Part shown: positions 39,501-53,195 of the stretch, piece by piece | How positions within the stretch are numbered: the first letter of the stretch is position 1 | Layout: every line of letters begins with the position of its first letter | Assembly (NCBI GenBank): GCA_025201805.1 | Contig: MU619249.1 | Coordinates: forward strand, 124,001 to 188,000 | From: Parasitella parasitica NRRL 2501 | Lineage: Eukaryota > Fungi > Mucoromycota | Length of the DNA stretch: 64,000 bases | Direction: 5' to 3' | Made by a program: the position numbers and the translations under genes | Notes under the pieces: generated by a model | What the model was told of the DNA's origin: nothing | What the model saw: the letters and a program-made list of their open reading frames with translations, nothing else | Databases searched by the model: none

Positions 39501-42500
39501 GCGTGATAAACAGCATCTGTCAACGCAGGAATCCCCCAGAATCCATCAGCCAACGAAGGTGCATCGATCCATATCTCGCCAATAGTATCAGAAGGGCAGA
39601 AAAGATGTGTTTCTGGATCAATAATGGCCACGCTCGAGTTGGGAAATGGAAACCCATGAGAGCCGACTTTTAAACACCCAGCCTCATCTCCATCAGTGAT
39701 TCCTGCTGATGTATTTGTAGCCAACACCACTACCTTTCTTCTGCGCAACGCATCAGCGTCTAAAACACATTCCCACACTTCCCTTGATCTTCCAGAGGCA
39801 TATGTGCCTTTCGACTTAGAAGCAATTGTATCGTCCTGCTGTCCGACCTCTTCTAATTTGCCTGGTCCAAGATAATCCCTGAAGCTAACAATAGCGCCAG
39901 CATGTTCTGGTAAAGAGAGAATAGGCGTCACAGTTTCAAGAGGGTCTTGCGCCATTGTTTTGCCCAGTGGTTTAAGCAATTTGTTGGCAATGTATTCGTT
40001 TGTGTCTGGTTTCACAACCAAAGTGTCAATGAATAGAATTCGGAGCGACGATAAATTAGGCACCGTCTTTTTGCTGTAGTTGTTCACTTCTCGAGGGTTT
40101 TTCTGATAGTATTTCGCAGCATAAAACATGCCCGGATATCCTGCTAGGGCAATTGTCACTAAAGAGGTCAATGTCAATATTTCAAATATCCACTTTCGGT
40201 AACTAGGAAAGAAACATATACCTTTGTATTTCGACACGACATAGATCCATACTGCTGGAGTTTCCATAACGTTAGCGCTTGCAAAAATAGTGTGGCTCCC
40301 GCTGTAGATGGAGCCCATTACTGAAATACTTAGACCTAATTGTTGACGAGATTCCAGATAAGTCAGAAGTGTGTCTGAACCTTGTGTATCCCAGTTTGGA
40401 AGAATGGAAATAGTGTTGTCTTGGGCCGTAAAAACTACCGTCTCGGTAGTCGCTGCAATGTATGAATGGCAACTGCTCATGATAGCTTGATGCGATACAG
40501 CTACGCCTTTCAGTTCGCCATTAATCGATTTTGTGAATTCAATATATGCTAATGGTGTTGAGCGCAATGCAGTGTACCTTCCCGACTTGATTTGATGAAC
40601 ATAAAGTGACCCAAAGTCGTTCGTAGGCCACCAATCGACGTTTTTTGGAAAATCAAGGTTTCTTAGCTTCATGGTCTTGGTCAGTGTCCTGAGATTGTTG
40701 TCCGTTGTCAACACAAGACGCGCATTTGATACACGCAGAATAAACCACAGTTCAGACAGCTCCTCAGTAGCATTGATAGGCACAGCTACTAAGCCAGCAA
40801 TAAAGCATCCTAGCATGGCCACAATGAAATCAATCGTCTCAGTCTTGCGATAAACCAGTGCAACGCAGCTCCCCACTTCCAACGCCGACTTGTCTCGAAT
40901 TACCATGGCTACTTTCTCTGCACGAGCTCCAAGCTTTTCCCAGGTTACGCTTGAGGATTCTTTACCTTTGTCGTCAACTTGAGTGAATGCTGGGATTATT
41001 CTGCCCTGTCTATCAGAAGCACGGTAGCGTAGTAACTCGGCAATTGAGTAAAATAAACTGGGGTCTTGTTTGTCTTGCACATCAATTACTTTAAAAGGTA
41101 TATCTCGAGGTAGAGAAGGCTGCATTTGGCGCCCTGCAAGTTCTTCCAAAGCATTTGCATCGTCAGCAACAATGCGGGGCACGGGTAAGGGTTCGACGCT
41201 ATGAAATGCCTTGGTCATGGTGGTGTTGCCATATTTACTGTGGTTTATTTTTCGTGGTAAACTGGTGGTTGGTAAAGACAGATCAGTGAACGATTGACTT
41301 GAGGGTAAATGCAGCTGACCGAGGGCTGTGCCACCAGAAGAAGCAGAGAATCGAGTAGGATCGGCATTCAAAGATGTAATGGATGGTGCCTTCTTTAATG
41401 AACCTGTATTTTGGAAATCATCGTCGACTATTTGAGAAAAATGAGCTAGTTAGCTTCATCCAGTACAAAATTAAGCATTCTGATAAATGTAACATCAATA
41501 ATAATACTACAGGCTTCAGCATTGATGTCATAAAAGCAGCAGCAGCAGCAGCAGCAGCAGTGGAGACTCTTTGAAACGTATCATTGAAAAAATATAATTA
41601 GATCACGCTAAACCTTTATTCGAGAAGAAGGAGGGAAAAGAAGTGAAGTTGCTGGATGACAGTAGACATAGAAAAACAAAAAAAAAATGCTGCAGTAACA
41701 GAGTATATAAACCAATAAAGAAATATGTATATTTGTAAAAAGATAGTGGGGATTCTACTTACAAAAAAGAACGAACTATTTCAAAGAAAATAAAAAATAA
41801 AATTGTCCTTCTTGGTGGGGTTTTCTTCTTTTTTTACTGTTGCCCTTATCGCTATTTTGTTTCAATTTTTTTTTTACAGGAAAAAAAACACACTGCTGCT
41901 TAACGTGCTTAATGACGATGCATTTGCTGCTATTGTCTTTGTTGCTGGTCATATTGCTTCACCATATTATTATTATTATTCATGTTACCAGACGGTGATC
42001 TATTCACGCCCACACCTGCCCCCGGATTACTATAATAATTACCATGCTGTTGCTGCTGTAATTGCGGTTGAGGCGGCAGTTGGCCATTGTAATGTGGCCG
42101 AGGTCTATATGCACCATTAGGTCGGGGTTGTGGTCTAGGAGATGTTGTAGTTGGTCTCTGCCCGTAGAATGTATTGGGACCAGGGCGCATCATCTGGGGT
42201 TGTTGTTGAGGATAATTGTTATGGACTACATAAGGTCTATTATTTGGAAGCGGAGATCCCATGCTTGTATTGCCATAGTAAGGTCCAGCATTACTACCAT
42301 GGATAATTCCTCCACCTGGTCTAAACTGATATTGCATTGGCCTCATCTGTTGCTGTTGTTGAGGGTTAATGTATTGGGTACCAGCAGGAGGTTGATATGT
42401 GTGTTGCTGTTGCTGTGGCCATGGTCGTGGCTGTGGTTGTAGTTGCTGATATTGTTGGTGTTGGTGTTGGTGTTGGTGTTGGTGTTGAGGTTGAGGTTGC

Positions 42501-42551
42501 TGAAGCTGATAGTACTGCTGTTGCTGTTGTTGCTGCTGGTGCGACTGCAGA

Positions 42552-42582
<31 letters not shown>

Positions 42583-42925
42583 TTTGCTGCTGTTGTTGCT
42601 GTTGCATTTGGCGATGATTTTCTTCCATGTGATTCACAGCTTCGACTGTACGCGTTGGAGAATGCGTAGGAGATGGCAGGAAATCCAAAAAATCAACTAC
42701 ATCAGCAGCACTTGGCTCAGGACCTAATTCTGCCAGTATCTCTGTCTCACTTTTTTGATTTGTAGGCGATATTGGCGAACCAGGATTCGAAACATCTGCT
42801 AACAAACTGGCCTTTTTTTTTTCAAATCCCTTTAGTGTAATATCACCATCTTCCAACTCCAACTCTAGGTCTCTTAGTTTTTCCAGGATATCGTCTGGTA
42901 AATCTTGGGCATTATCTGATTCCAT
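36557..42925 (-). CDS. DIP2: DIP2/Cmr2 family protein: DMAP1-binding domain, Gln-rich linker, two fatty acyl-AMP ligase-like domains
   Basis: LRDLELELEDGDITLKGFEKKKASLL (DMAP). Two adenylation-like modules: AYIEFTKSINGELKGVAVSH/GEIWI/FLRTGLLG and GEIWVSS/YMRTGDVGFL. Confidence 0.92.
42345..42610 (-). repeat. Coding poly-Gln / (QH)n microsatellite in DIP2 exon 1
   Basis: (CAG/CAA)n and (CAACAC)n arrays. Confidence 0.9.
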
Positions 42926-45202
42926 TTTGTTGCCGTTTTATAATAATAATAATAACAATAATAATAATAAAAAGATAGAGAAAGAAAGAAAAAGAATATA
43001 ATGAGAAAAAGAGATTAAGGAGAAGATCGGGGGTCTTTGTTATTTTGAGTTTTGGGTGAAAGGGGAAAGAAAAAAGTTTTGCTTTTTTAAAATTGGGGAG
43101 ATATATATTTATCTTTTGAGGCAACCGTAGCTGAGTGGTTTGAAACGCAGTAGGCGAAAGATATGTAAGATGGCTCGTGTATTTCTCTGTCTAGTGTAGC
43201 ACAATGCACAACTTTAATATCACTTTGTGAATCAAAAAACATGTAAAGACTACTACAGAAACAAATGGGATCCCTTGATTTATTGTCAATCCTACTCTAT
43301 ATTCAATCCTTCTTTCTTCTTGAGAACTATCGTTATCATATATAGCAACCCGTTTAGTATGATATCATTTGGCAACTCCTGGGCACGCTTGGTTTGGTGT
43401 ACTCTCAAGTTTGAGGTTAAAAATCACATTGGACAAAGTCTTATCGTACAAATAATGGTCAATTCATGTCATTAAGATGTTTATTTTTAAAGAGTGGCGT
43501 ACATCAGCTAACCTCATGGTTTATGTGTGACAAAGAGTCCTTTATTTTTCTCTCGTAGCACTTAACTGGTTACATATATACTCTCTTTTCAATAATTTAT
43601 CCAAACTATATGCAACAAATTCAGGAACAGGGTTGCAACAAAAGATTCAGGTACCGGCTTGAGATGCACATTTGGCTATTGCAAATGTATAGATGGATTG
43701 CTCTTTTTGTTATTTATACTATCCGTTTCATGTTGACCATATATACCTGTTGGATTGCTTAACTAGGTCTTACCTTTACGTGGTATGCTATGGTAATTTT
43801 TACCATAAATAGGTTCAACTCCATAAAGCTCCGAACAAAGGTATTACTATAATGTCATAGATCAAATTTGGAAACAATCCAAAAATAGCAAAAATATGGG
43901 CGCCCTGATGTTGTTTTTCGAGCCCATTTCTTCATTGTTGTTGTGAAATTGAAGTACATTGTACGCATTACAGCCTCGGTTAAATTTGTGAATTTTAATG
44001 CAGCTCTTTTGGGCTCAATGTGTACGCAATCCCTCCTTGAATATAATCTAGACACGTGTAGTCGAACGGCAACACTCGTTGGAAAACAAATACAGTATTT
44101 AATGCTGATGGCACAATTCGGCTACGCGGTTTTTATGATATTGGAGTTATCTTATTAGAGATGGCAGGTTACCTTAGAACAAGGACGCGAGAAAAATCTG
44201 CTTCGAAAACAGCAAAGGTATGCTCGCTCTTTTCGCCATGCTCAAAAGTACATCAATCACTTTAACCGTGCTACACCTGAGGCTTTTCGAAATCTTAAGC
44301 TTTAGGCTAGCGGTAAGATAACAAGCAAAAAGGAAGAACACAATAAAAGAAAAATAAAATAACTAACCAAACCCTTAGTATAGATGAGCACATTCATCTT
44401 TGGTCAGTTCAGTATGCCAGCAATGGCATCTATAAGTTTACTCTTTGGGACAAAGTTAAAGTAACAGAAGACAGATAGCATGTCCAACAATCATCAGTCT
44501 CGCGGCTAGACTTTTGTTTTTAATGTGAAGGTAATACTTTTCCAGTTGTTTGAGCTATATAAAAATTCTTGTATGAACAGCTATATAGGGTTGTTTAACA
44601 AAGACTGTTGCTATGTTACAAAACTTCAACGTGAGAATGAGGAAACAGCGGCGTCAGCAGCCAGGAAGTTCTACTTTCTGACATTATTTGTCCGTTTGAC
44701 TTACAATACCCATGAAAAGGGTTTTGGAGCGCAAAAAATTGAATGATATATATAAATATGTCTAATCTATAATTTCCAAAAAGAATGTCAGCGTATTTAA
44801 CATTGAGTTGTATTAACAGCTTATTACTGTGTAGTGTACTGAGCTTGGCTTTATTCATGTCAATTGTAATTTCCTCCAGATTCAAAACAAACTAAATTAT
44901 TCAATGTACCAAAATCAAGCTCATAGTTATCAACTTCCATCTCACATTATGCTCTTAGCAAATGTTCAGTTTCTGGGCTTTACTTAATTTAGTCCATTAA
45001 GTAAGAAGTTTCAAGAAAAAAGAAAACGTCTAAAAACTTGAGTCCTAATATTTAAAGTATGATCTAAATGTAACTTAGTTATCCATAAATGTGTATATTC
45101 GGTTCCTATTTTTTTCGCAATATTTATTGATGTAATAGTAGAACAACTTCTGGTTGGGCTCGCTATATATGCATCACTGTCAAATTATCATCTCAATGTG
45201 CA

Positions 45203-46358
45203 TTATTGTTTAATTTTTCTAGCACCAAAAATAGCTGTGCCAACTCTGACATTGTTTGATCCATCTTTCAAAGCTTCTTGATAATCACCAGACATACCAA
45301 AGCTCGCTTCAAATATATCAAGATTTAACTTTGACTTAATGTCCTGTCTAAGCTCGACAATTTTCTAACATAAAAAAGGGGGGGGGGGGTTATGAGTTAT
45401 TCTTTTGTTTCGTATCTACAACATTTCGTACCTCGAAATCAGGGTTGTTGGCAGCATCACGATCTCTCATACCAATAGTCATTAGCCCGTATAATTCCAA
45501 ATCTGGGCAGTTTTCCTTGATGTGTTTACAAACGTCCAGAGCATCGGTGGGTTCAACACCGCTTTTAGCTAAATATATTTGTCAAATCCTCAGTATTATT
45601 GTTGCCTCTCGGTTTCGCCAAGTTTTACCTTCTTCTCCACTTGTGTTGACTTGAACATATATTTTCAATTTGTTTTCACGCTTGGCGTCGGAACAAGCTT
45701 TGTTTAATTTATTTGCCAACTTTATACTATCGACAGTTTCCACAATAAACAAGTTAGGAATTCCTAAAACGGTAACATTTAAGCAAAAAAGGACCAGAAT
45801 AATTAAATCCCTCAGACTAACCAGCAACATCTTTACATTTGTTTGATTGAAGATGTCCGATAAAATGCCAATCAATCGACGAAGGTAGCTGATTTAATAC
45901 GCACTTGATTAATTGAATTGCTGATAAAGGAGCTTCTTTAAGTTACCTTTTGGCTTTTTTCTACCAATTCTTGAACCTATACATCAGCCCATTACCAACA
46001 TGTAGTTTACTTGAAAATCAAGAATAGTTACATAGTTTTCTCCAAAATGTGTTTGACCAGTTTCCATGGCGTACTCAATATCTTCTGCGGGTTTGTACTT
46101 ACTAACAGCAACTAAGCGAGCCTTAAAAAAAAGCCAGTTACTAACATTGATTCGTATCAAGTTCATGTAACTTACAGCGTTGGAACCCTTAAGCTGGTCA
46201 ACTATTTCTCTAACTTCGCTTAGATTGTTTATAATTTCCTGCTTACGGCCAGCAGCAGAGATGGTAGTGGACATTTGTTGTATTATATTTGATTTGCGAT
46301 AGACCAAATGTGGTGAATAATAAAACAATCTCTTCGACGAAATACGAGACAAAAGCAT
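45203..46358 (-). CDS. Pyridoxal-phosphate homeostasis protein PLPBP/YggS (YBL036C-like)
   Basis: RLVAVSKYKP (PLP lysine), FGENYVQE, WHFIGHLQSNK, VETVDS, VQVNTSGE, GLMTIG, SFGMSGDY, NVRVGTAIFGAR. Alternative start at ~46274. Confidence 0.95.
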
Positions 46359-46446
46359 AAAAACGAAAAATCAAAACCAACAAAAAACACCCTGACATAA
46401 CACAAAGCTTGTCACCAATATTCTTATTCACCAAACGCAAATTTAT

Positions 46447-48710
46447 TCAATGGCCTCGTTTAATGTTGACGTTAGAGCTCTTTCTAGACATTTTACTGCT
46501 TAAGCTTCTAAACCCCAAGCCATGGCCATAAAATGAGCTATTACTACTACCAACTTGCAGATTTTTAATGCCATCCTCAAAAGGCAATCCTAATGTAGTG
46601 GCATCTTCGGTGCCAGCTTTCTTAGCATATCGCTCTATGTCTGTTTTCGATAAGTTGATGCGGAAAGCAGTTTCTAGGAGTGTGTCAGGCTGCAGATATT
46701 CGTGTGGTATATGTAATAAGAAGGCCAATAATTCAGAATTGGTAGGACACGAATGTAGTAGATGGTCTTTGCAAATGTCCATGATGGCTAGACTGACGCG
46801 ATAAAATACTTTGATGCCTACGCAGAGCATTAGTATTGAAAAGCAGATGCAATGACAGCAAATATACCTTCAAAATAAAACGCATCCCATACGCGCAGCA
46901 CAGAATCCCAAGGCAGTGTCATTGTGAATGCTGTTAAAAACCATTGTGCTATATACATGATGGGTAAAACATCATTGTTCTCTAAATGTTCTGCTAGCTT
47001 TGGGTTTTTGTCTTTGAGAAGCTGCCCAATGATATATGCATCAATTCTTAGTTGCGACAAAGTAGGTGTAAAATATCCATTCATGTAGCGATCAATAGTT
47101 GACACCAGCAGCCAAAATGTTTCTTCAACTGTCATTTGCATCAACATCAATCCTACTAATCGACCCATTCCCTGACAGTATTCCAAATGGGAGTTGTATT
47201 GCGAATAGGCCTTCAAGATCATACTCAAATCCTTTTGACCTTGCCCCTTTTTGTCCATAAATTGAGTATGGTCTGGGTAACAACGAGCAATGTCTCGTTC
47301 GATCACATCGTAAATACTGGTTTCTGGCTTCTCTACTAATATCTCGAATTGACCTGCCTTACGGTAATCATCAGAGCCAGCCAAAAATTGCCATACTTTT
47401 GATCTAACCGAGCCAGGAATGCCATTTCGAACCATCTTCTTAAACTTTGCATCTTTTTTTACTGAACCAGCATCCAATTTGTTTAAAATAGACAGCCATT
47501 TGAGTTCATTCTCTCGATACTCTTTCATCGATTTTGATGTCATATTAGATCGTATCGAACCCATACCGGGCCTTGGGCTATCAGGCTTGATTATAAAACC
47601 GTATTCATCTACAGGCATCCTTTCTATTGAAATACTTTTAGGCGATTCTTCTGATACTGATCTGATGGGTGTATCAGCACGTTCCATGGAATTTCCTGTG
47701 CTATCATCTTCCTCTGTCGAATTTCTGTCAGACTCATAAGTTACAATGTATTTGTTATTTAGTTTGGTGGGCGGTAATGGCTTTGTAAAACCAGTAGTTC
47801 CTAGATAGTTGTCGAGATTTTCATCTTCTTCGTCCGAGTAATTCACATTGAACGCTGAAGTATCATATGGGTCGTGATTGTCGTTATGAATCAGATTTTC
47901 ATCTGAATAAATTGATGAAGCCTGAGATTGCTGTTGAATTGGTAAATGGGAGATAGAAGATGAGTTGTTGGTGCCGAAACTCTCATAGCTTGGCTTTCCT
48001 GAAGCCCAATGAGGTTGCCCTATACTGTTTTGAAGATGCTGTTGCTGCTGGAGACCGAGATGATCTGAACTCGAAGAACATGACTGCAGCGAATCTGTAA
48101 GTGTAAAATGCTGTTGCTGCTGATGTTGCTGTAATTGTTGTTGATGATAAAAATGAGGATCTGTTGTTCCATAACTACTCGCTGAATTTCTATATTGCGA
48201 ATTATCCGTAGTGAAATCTAATTCAGTATCCAGCGAGTCCAAAACACGAGGATCCAACTCCACAAAATGAACACTTTCAGCATTGAAGTTGCCAATTACA
48301 CCTTCACAATATCCCATATAGATATCATTTTCAATGTGCTTCAGGACAATAATACGTTCTCCTGAAACCCTGCTATTTAGTTGATTGTATAAAAACACAT
48401 TGCCAATATCCTACCTTGGAGATACATAAGTTCTTGCGGCGTGGTTGCAAGAACATCAGCTTTGGATACACATGCTCCTAGTCCACCTTGATAAAATACA
48501 AAGTATCCTTAAATAATCCGGGTATCACCTCCGTTTTCTGTTTATGCTCGTACCTTTTTCTGCAAACTCTTTTAGTTGAGATAATGTCATGGTGTCTATA
48601 TTTATTGGTGAGTTGTCCAATGCTCCAGCTGGATCTTTCAATAGCTGTGCAATTTTCTCATTTATTTCTTCCAAATTTGTTGAAGTATGTCTGGTTAATT
48701 TAGATTCCAT
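46447..48710 (-). CDS. TBC-domain Rab GTPase-activating protein with N-terminal SH3-like domain
   Basis: SH3-like ELMYLQ|GERIIVLK..IYMGYCEGVIGNF; DEYGF; GIPGSVRSKVW; IERDIARCYP (Arg finger); YCQGM (Gln finger); QWFLTAF; LRVWDAF. Confidence 0.92.
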
Positions 48711-49279
48711 ATTGAGATGATAAAGAAGAAGAAAGAATAAGGGAAAAAGGTTGGAGTCAACAAATCTATTAAGGAGAAAGTTATCTGTGAATTGTGTATT
48801 TGTTGTTTGAGATTAGAAGGATTGAGAAGAGGGGTCATTTTGCAATACCCAAATAAAATAGAGTCCATACGAAAAAGGAAAGCAACCTTCATGTCAACAT
48901 CCGACAAAAAAAGTAAGTCGCAAATGTAACATTAATGTGTTATTATCCCTGTGCACTATTTCCTGCGAATTTCAGCAATTTGGATTTGCAAATACTTTCA
49001 TACACTTTACCATCACCAACTCTTTGAATTAGAAACTTTTCACTTGTTTCTTAATATCTTAACCAATTAAATGTAATATGCACCAAGTTTGTTGTGCATG
49101 GATAATAATCATTTTTTGATCCGATTCAAAGTATAAACGTAAAATCTTCTCTGATTACGGCAGTTACTCTGTTCATATAAGTAGTATTCGATCATGACAG
49201 GAAAATACGATATGGATATGAGTGTATATATTATGTCGAATCCCTTTTTTTAGTACATATATACTAGATTAGTTTACAT

Positions 49280-50035
49280 TATTGAGACGAGTTGTCTTCG
49301 CCTCCTGAACTATGGTGAAAAAAACTCGACCTCGCTTCGCTACAATAGTTTTTTTCGACCTTCGTTCTAATGAGGGTTTCCATTAATTACAAAACAAAAT
49401 GCTAATTAAATAGTTTTTTTTAAGAGGGATCTGTTGGCTCGATAATTGGGTCGGCAACATTCGATGGACTCTTATCGCAATCCCTATTACTTTATAATTT
49501 TTCAAATGACCTAATTACAATCCATAAGAAAAACGTAACAGATTTTTTAGCAGCTAGTGAAGTCTTTAGTAATATCTGTTGTATCCTTAGAACATATAAC
49601 GAATACAATGGTCGCCATTATTTTGACTACACTGCCATAGCAACCGCCCCTGGATCGGGTCTAGCGTTTAATGTTGGTAACTTTGCTGTATACATAGAAT
49701 TCCATGGTTACCACTATTTATCTCAAATGTCTGACAATCGTTCCTAATTGTATCTAAGGTTGATACCGCCGGTCATACTATACAGTAATTAGAAGTAATT
49801 AGTAAAATGTCTTGTATAAGAAACCATCTATTTGGGTTCTACTTATTCTAAATTACGAAGCTAAACTTAACGTTGAATGATTCATATTCATAATGATTAG
49901 CTAAGTGAAATATAATAGGTCTTGGGAGACTATTATTGTGTTATAATTTTGTTTGACACTCATAAAATGTGAAACATGATTTGATTGTACTCATAAATTG
50001 ATTCATGTAGATTTACTGTATTTAAACAGACAGTT
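49280..50035. repeat. Dispersed degenerate repeat, copy B
   Basis: Colinear with copy A from acgagttgtcttcgcctcctgaactatggtgaaaaaaac to tttaaacagacag; same orientation. Confidence 0.85.
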
Positions 50036-51898
50036 TTTTAAAAAGTAATAAGCTCATAGTCAAAAGGTAAAATTAATCAGATATAGAATATCATTTATCA
50101 ATGGGTCAAAGAGGTTTATAGCATATTCAAACTGAGGCAATTTATATAATAAGATCTGCTTAAACGGGGAAATTTATTGTATCTACTGTATACAACGCGC
50201 CATTGTTGTGGATTCATGATATGATCTGGAACAGATTAAGCATTAATTTGATATTTGACTTCTGCGGTTTGGAGCATTCAGTCAGCTTCCTAAAAACTTT
50301 CAACGCCCAAGCTGGATAAACCAATAAAAACAAGTGATTTGAATTACAAACACCGATATCCAATTTGCGAAAATGTTTTTGCATACAACTTTTGGTTGAC
50401 ACATTGCCCAGTGGAAAACAAGTAATGCTCATATAGCGATGATCATGCATCTTCTTATAAAGCATGAGACAGTCTTTATCTTTCTTTTTATTGTAGCCTA
50501 TAAGCGTTTATATATGATTTTTGCTGATAACTTTATAGATAGCAATAAAAACATCAACACAAATGTCTTTGCTAGATAGCTGTAAGTGAATACACTATGT
50601 TTTCCATATTAGATTGCGGTTCTACGGTTCTTTTAACAGAAGTTATGACGAAATTAGGCCCCCACTTGAACATATTAAAATGTTAACTTCTACACAATGT
50701 TCTCTCGTCATTGTAATCATAGGTATGGTATACTACATATCTCTCACAAACACCAAATTTTCCAGAGGAATAATATTCCTTCTATTGCCATACATAAATT
50801 CAACCAACATACTTCATTAAGTTGAAGCCCTTGGAATTTTTGACTATGATGTGATACTCGAACATTCCCTACCAGGGATATTATGGGTTTATTGATGGTG
50901 AAAAAAAGACTACTGTTCATAGTGGATTTTTTAACGCACTTTCTTTTACAAGCAAGAATATTTTGAAGGGTACTGAGTGCATCAAGTAGCCAGCACTTTT
51001 TAATTTGGTCAATTATATATTCATCCAGGTATACGCATTCCCCTTTTCTGTGTATGTGTATTCGCTTGAAATTACTGCCCTATTAGGACTGTAAATCAAA
51101 TGTGAAAAGTTTACACGAATAGCATTTGCTCAAAAATGCTGTTGCTCTTAGTGAGTTGATTAAAATAAAAATGGGCGTTCTTTATGCTCTGTAGATAACG
51201 CAGCTGCACGTTTATAGCACATTAATTAAAACTGCCTGATAAGATATAATCAAAACGTATAACTTTTGTATGATATGATGAGAAGTGGGATTGTCCAATT
51301 TAGTAAAATTAATAATACACAAAAATCTTCGATTTATAAATACGACAAACGATTAAATAAAATGATGTTTTATTTTTCAAATGAGGAGATATGAGCATTA
51401 CAACTGACTATATGAATAAAGCGAGGATATACGTCTTAAATAGAAAAAAGATGATTGAATCACTAGACTTGTCCATATAAACAATATTTGTCCGTCCAAA
51501 TAGAGAGATGCAAAATGGATCTACCCTACATGTACATGTAACTAAACTTTTAGCAAAACAACGTGGATTTGAGCAGCCGCTTTCGATGTGAAGGATCATC
51601 TTTGCTTTTGTATATAGTTAATGGCACTTAACCGATATATATATACTGCATAATTACCTACGCACGCAACAACATCCCTTTAAAAAATAAATAAAGAGCC
51701 ATGCTATCCAAACTATATGTTCTGGTATTCTCTAAATGGTGATATTATAGGCTCAAACTTGTCACACGGCCTTTCAGTCAGGTGATGGACAGCTTGTTGT
51801 AAAAGCAAATGCCGTTGTTTCCCCCTTTTTTGTTATATTTCTTTTCTCTCTTTCTACCTCTTTTCATTCTCTCAAGCTCAACTGTACATATCATCCCT

Positions 51899-53142
51899 AT
51901 GTTCAACTCATTTGCAGCCATATTTATTATCGGCATAATTGTGTTTTTCATAATCACTGTATTCCTGCTTTGTTTTACAAGGTCTTCTATCGAGTTGCCG
52001 ATATCACTAGGTGGCTACTCTGAATTTGATGAATGGCCGCTTGATTCAGACGAAGCAATAGCTTGTCTACCAGAAGACGCAAGACTAAGTTATGATAGAG
52101 CCAAAGGTGAATTTTACTGCACCTATAAGAATTATAAAGCTAATAATGACATGCACAGTTTGGCAAGATAGGCACCCACCAGATAGTATTCCAACGGATA
52201 TAACTCCACCGCAATTCCTGTCGATTCAGGAGAAAGGGGTTTCTGCGTTTGAATTCGAAGGCGAGCCTGATGCAAACGTCTATGTAGCAGGAAGGACAGA
52301 ACTGCAATTCATTGGTGGCGAATGCTCGATTCAGACAAACTTACCGCTGCCTAGACACCAAGAAGTTTACTATTGGGAGGTAAGAATGAGAGATTACTCA
52401 TGAATATTCCGTATATTCATCCAAAATCCAATGTCGAGATAGGCCAAAATGTTTGAAAAGCCCGAAACAACAACAGTTTCTGTGGGCGTTGCAACAAAAC
52501 CATACCCAACATGGAGACTACCAGGTAATTGCGCTTGATGTGGGATATATAGTATAGCAATAGTAATTTGATATCAAAGGTTGGAACCGTTATTCAATTG
52601 GCTACTTTTCAAATAACGGATGTAAATATTTCTCGTCGCCCTTCAACGGCAAGCCGTACGGCATCCCATTCAACCACGGCGATATTATTGGGGTTGGATA
52701 TAGACATAGAACAGGCACAGTATTCTTCACTCGAAATGGCCGCAGATTAGAAGATGCTTACACTGGATTACGGTGGAATCTGTTTCCCACGATAGGTGCC
52801 AATGGCCCATGCCAAATACATGTCAATTTGGGTCAGTCTGGTTTTGTGTTTGTGGAAGCCAATGTAAAAAAGTGGGGATTGGCACCATCTCAGGGCACAT
52901 TAGCGCCTCCACCTGCTTATGGTATTGAAATTGACACAATTTTGCTAGCAACTGCGGGCGGACAACTATCATCTTCTTCATCCAGCAGACCATTGGAAAA
53001 CGACAACTATTCGATGCATAGTAATCGGCAATTAAGCACATTAATCACTGTGGATGACGACGATCGTGAAGCAAATCAATCCATACCAGACCCACCACCT
53101 TACTCAAACAACAATAACGCAAGAGATAATTTGCTGGATTAA
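51899..53142 (+). CDS. SPRY-domain Rsp5 adaptor, Ssh4/Ear1 family
   Basis: N-terminal TM; PTDITPPQFLSIQEKGVSAFEF; IQTNLPLP; YYWE; ATKPYPTWRLPGWNRYS; FFTRNG; VNLGQSGFVFVEANVKKWGLAP; PPAY and PPPY. Confidence 0.92.
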
Positions 53143-53195
53143 GAAATCATACCCCACCCTCCCCTTTTTCTTTTAATCATCATCATGTATATTTT

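Noticed and set aside
37140-41371. Adenylation domains suggesting an NRPS cluster
   Set aside because: No carrier or condensation domains; the architecture is DIP2/Cmr2 and the neighbours are housekeeping genes.
42062-42727. Poly-Leu/Val/Ala ORFs on the + strand
   Set aside because: Antisense shadows of the DIP2 poly-Q microsatellite.
43120-43200. ggcaaccgtagctgagtggtt...aggcgaaagat, resembling the 5' half of tRNA-Ser
   Set aside because: No T-arm/B-box (GTTCGA) and no acceptor-stem complement; it cannot fold as a cloverleaf.
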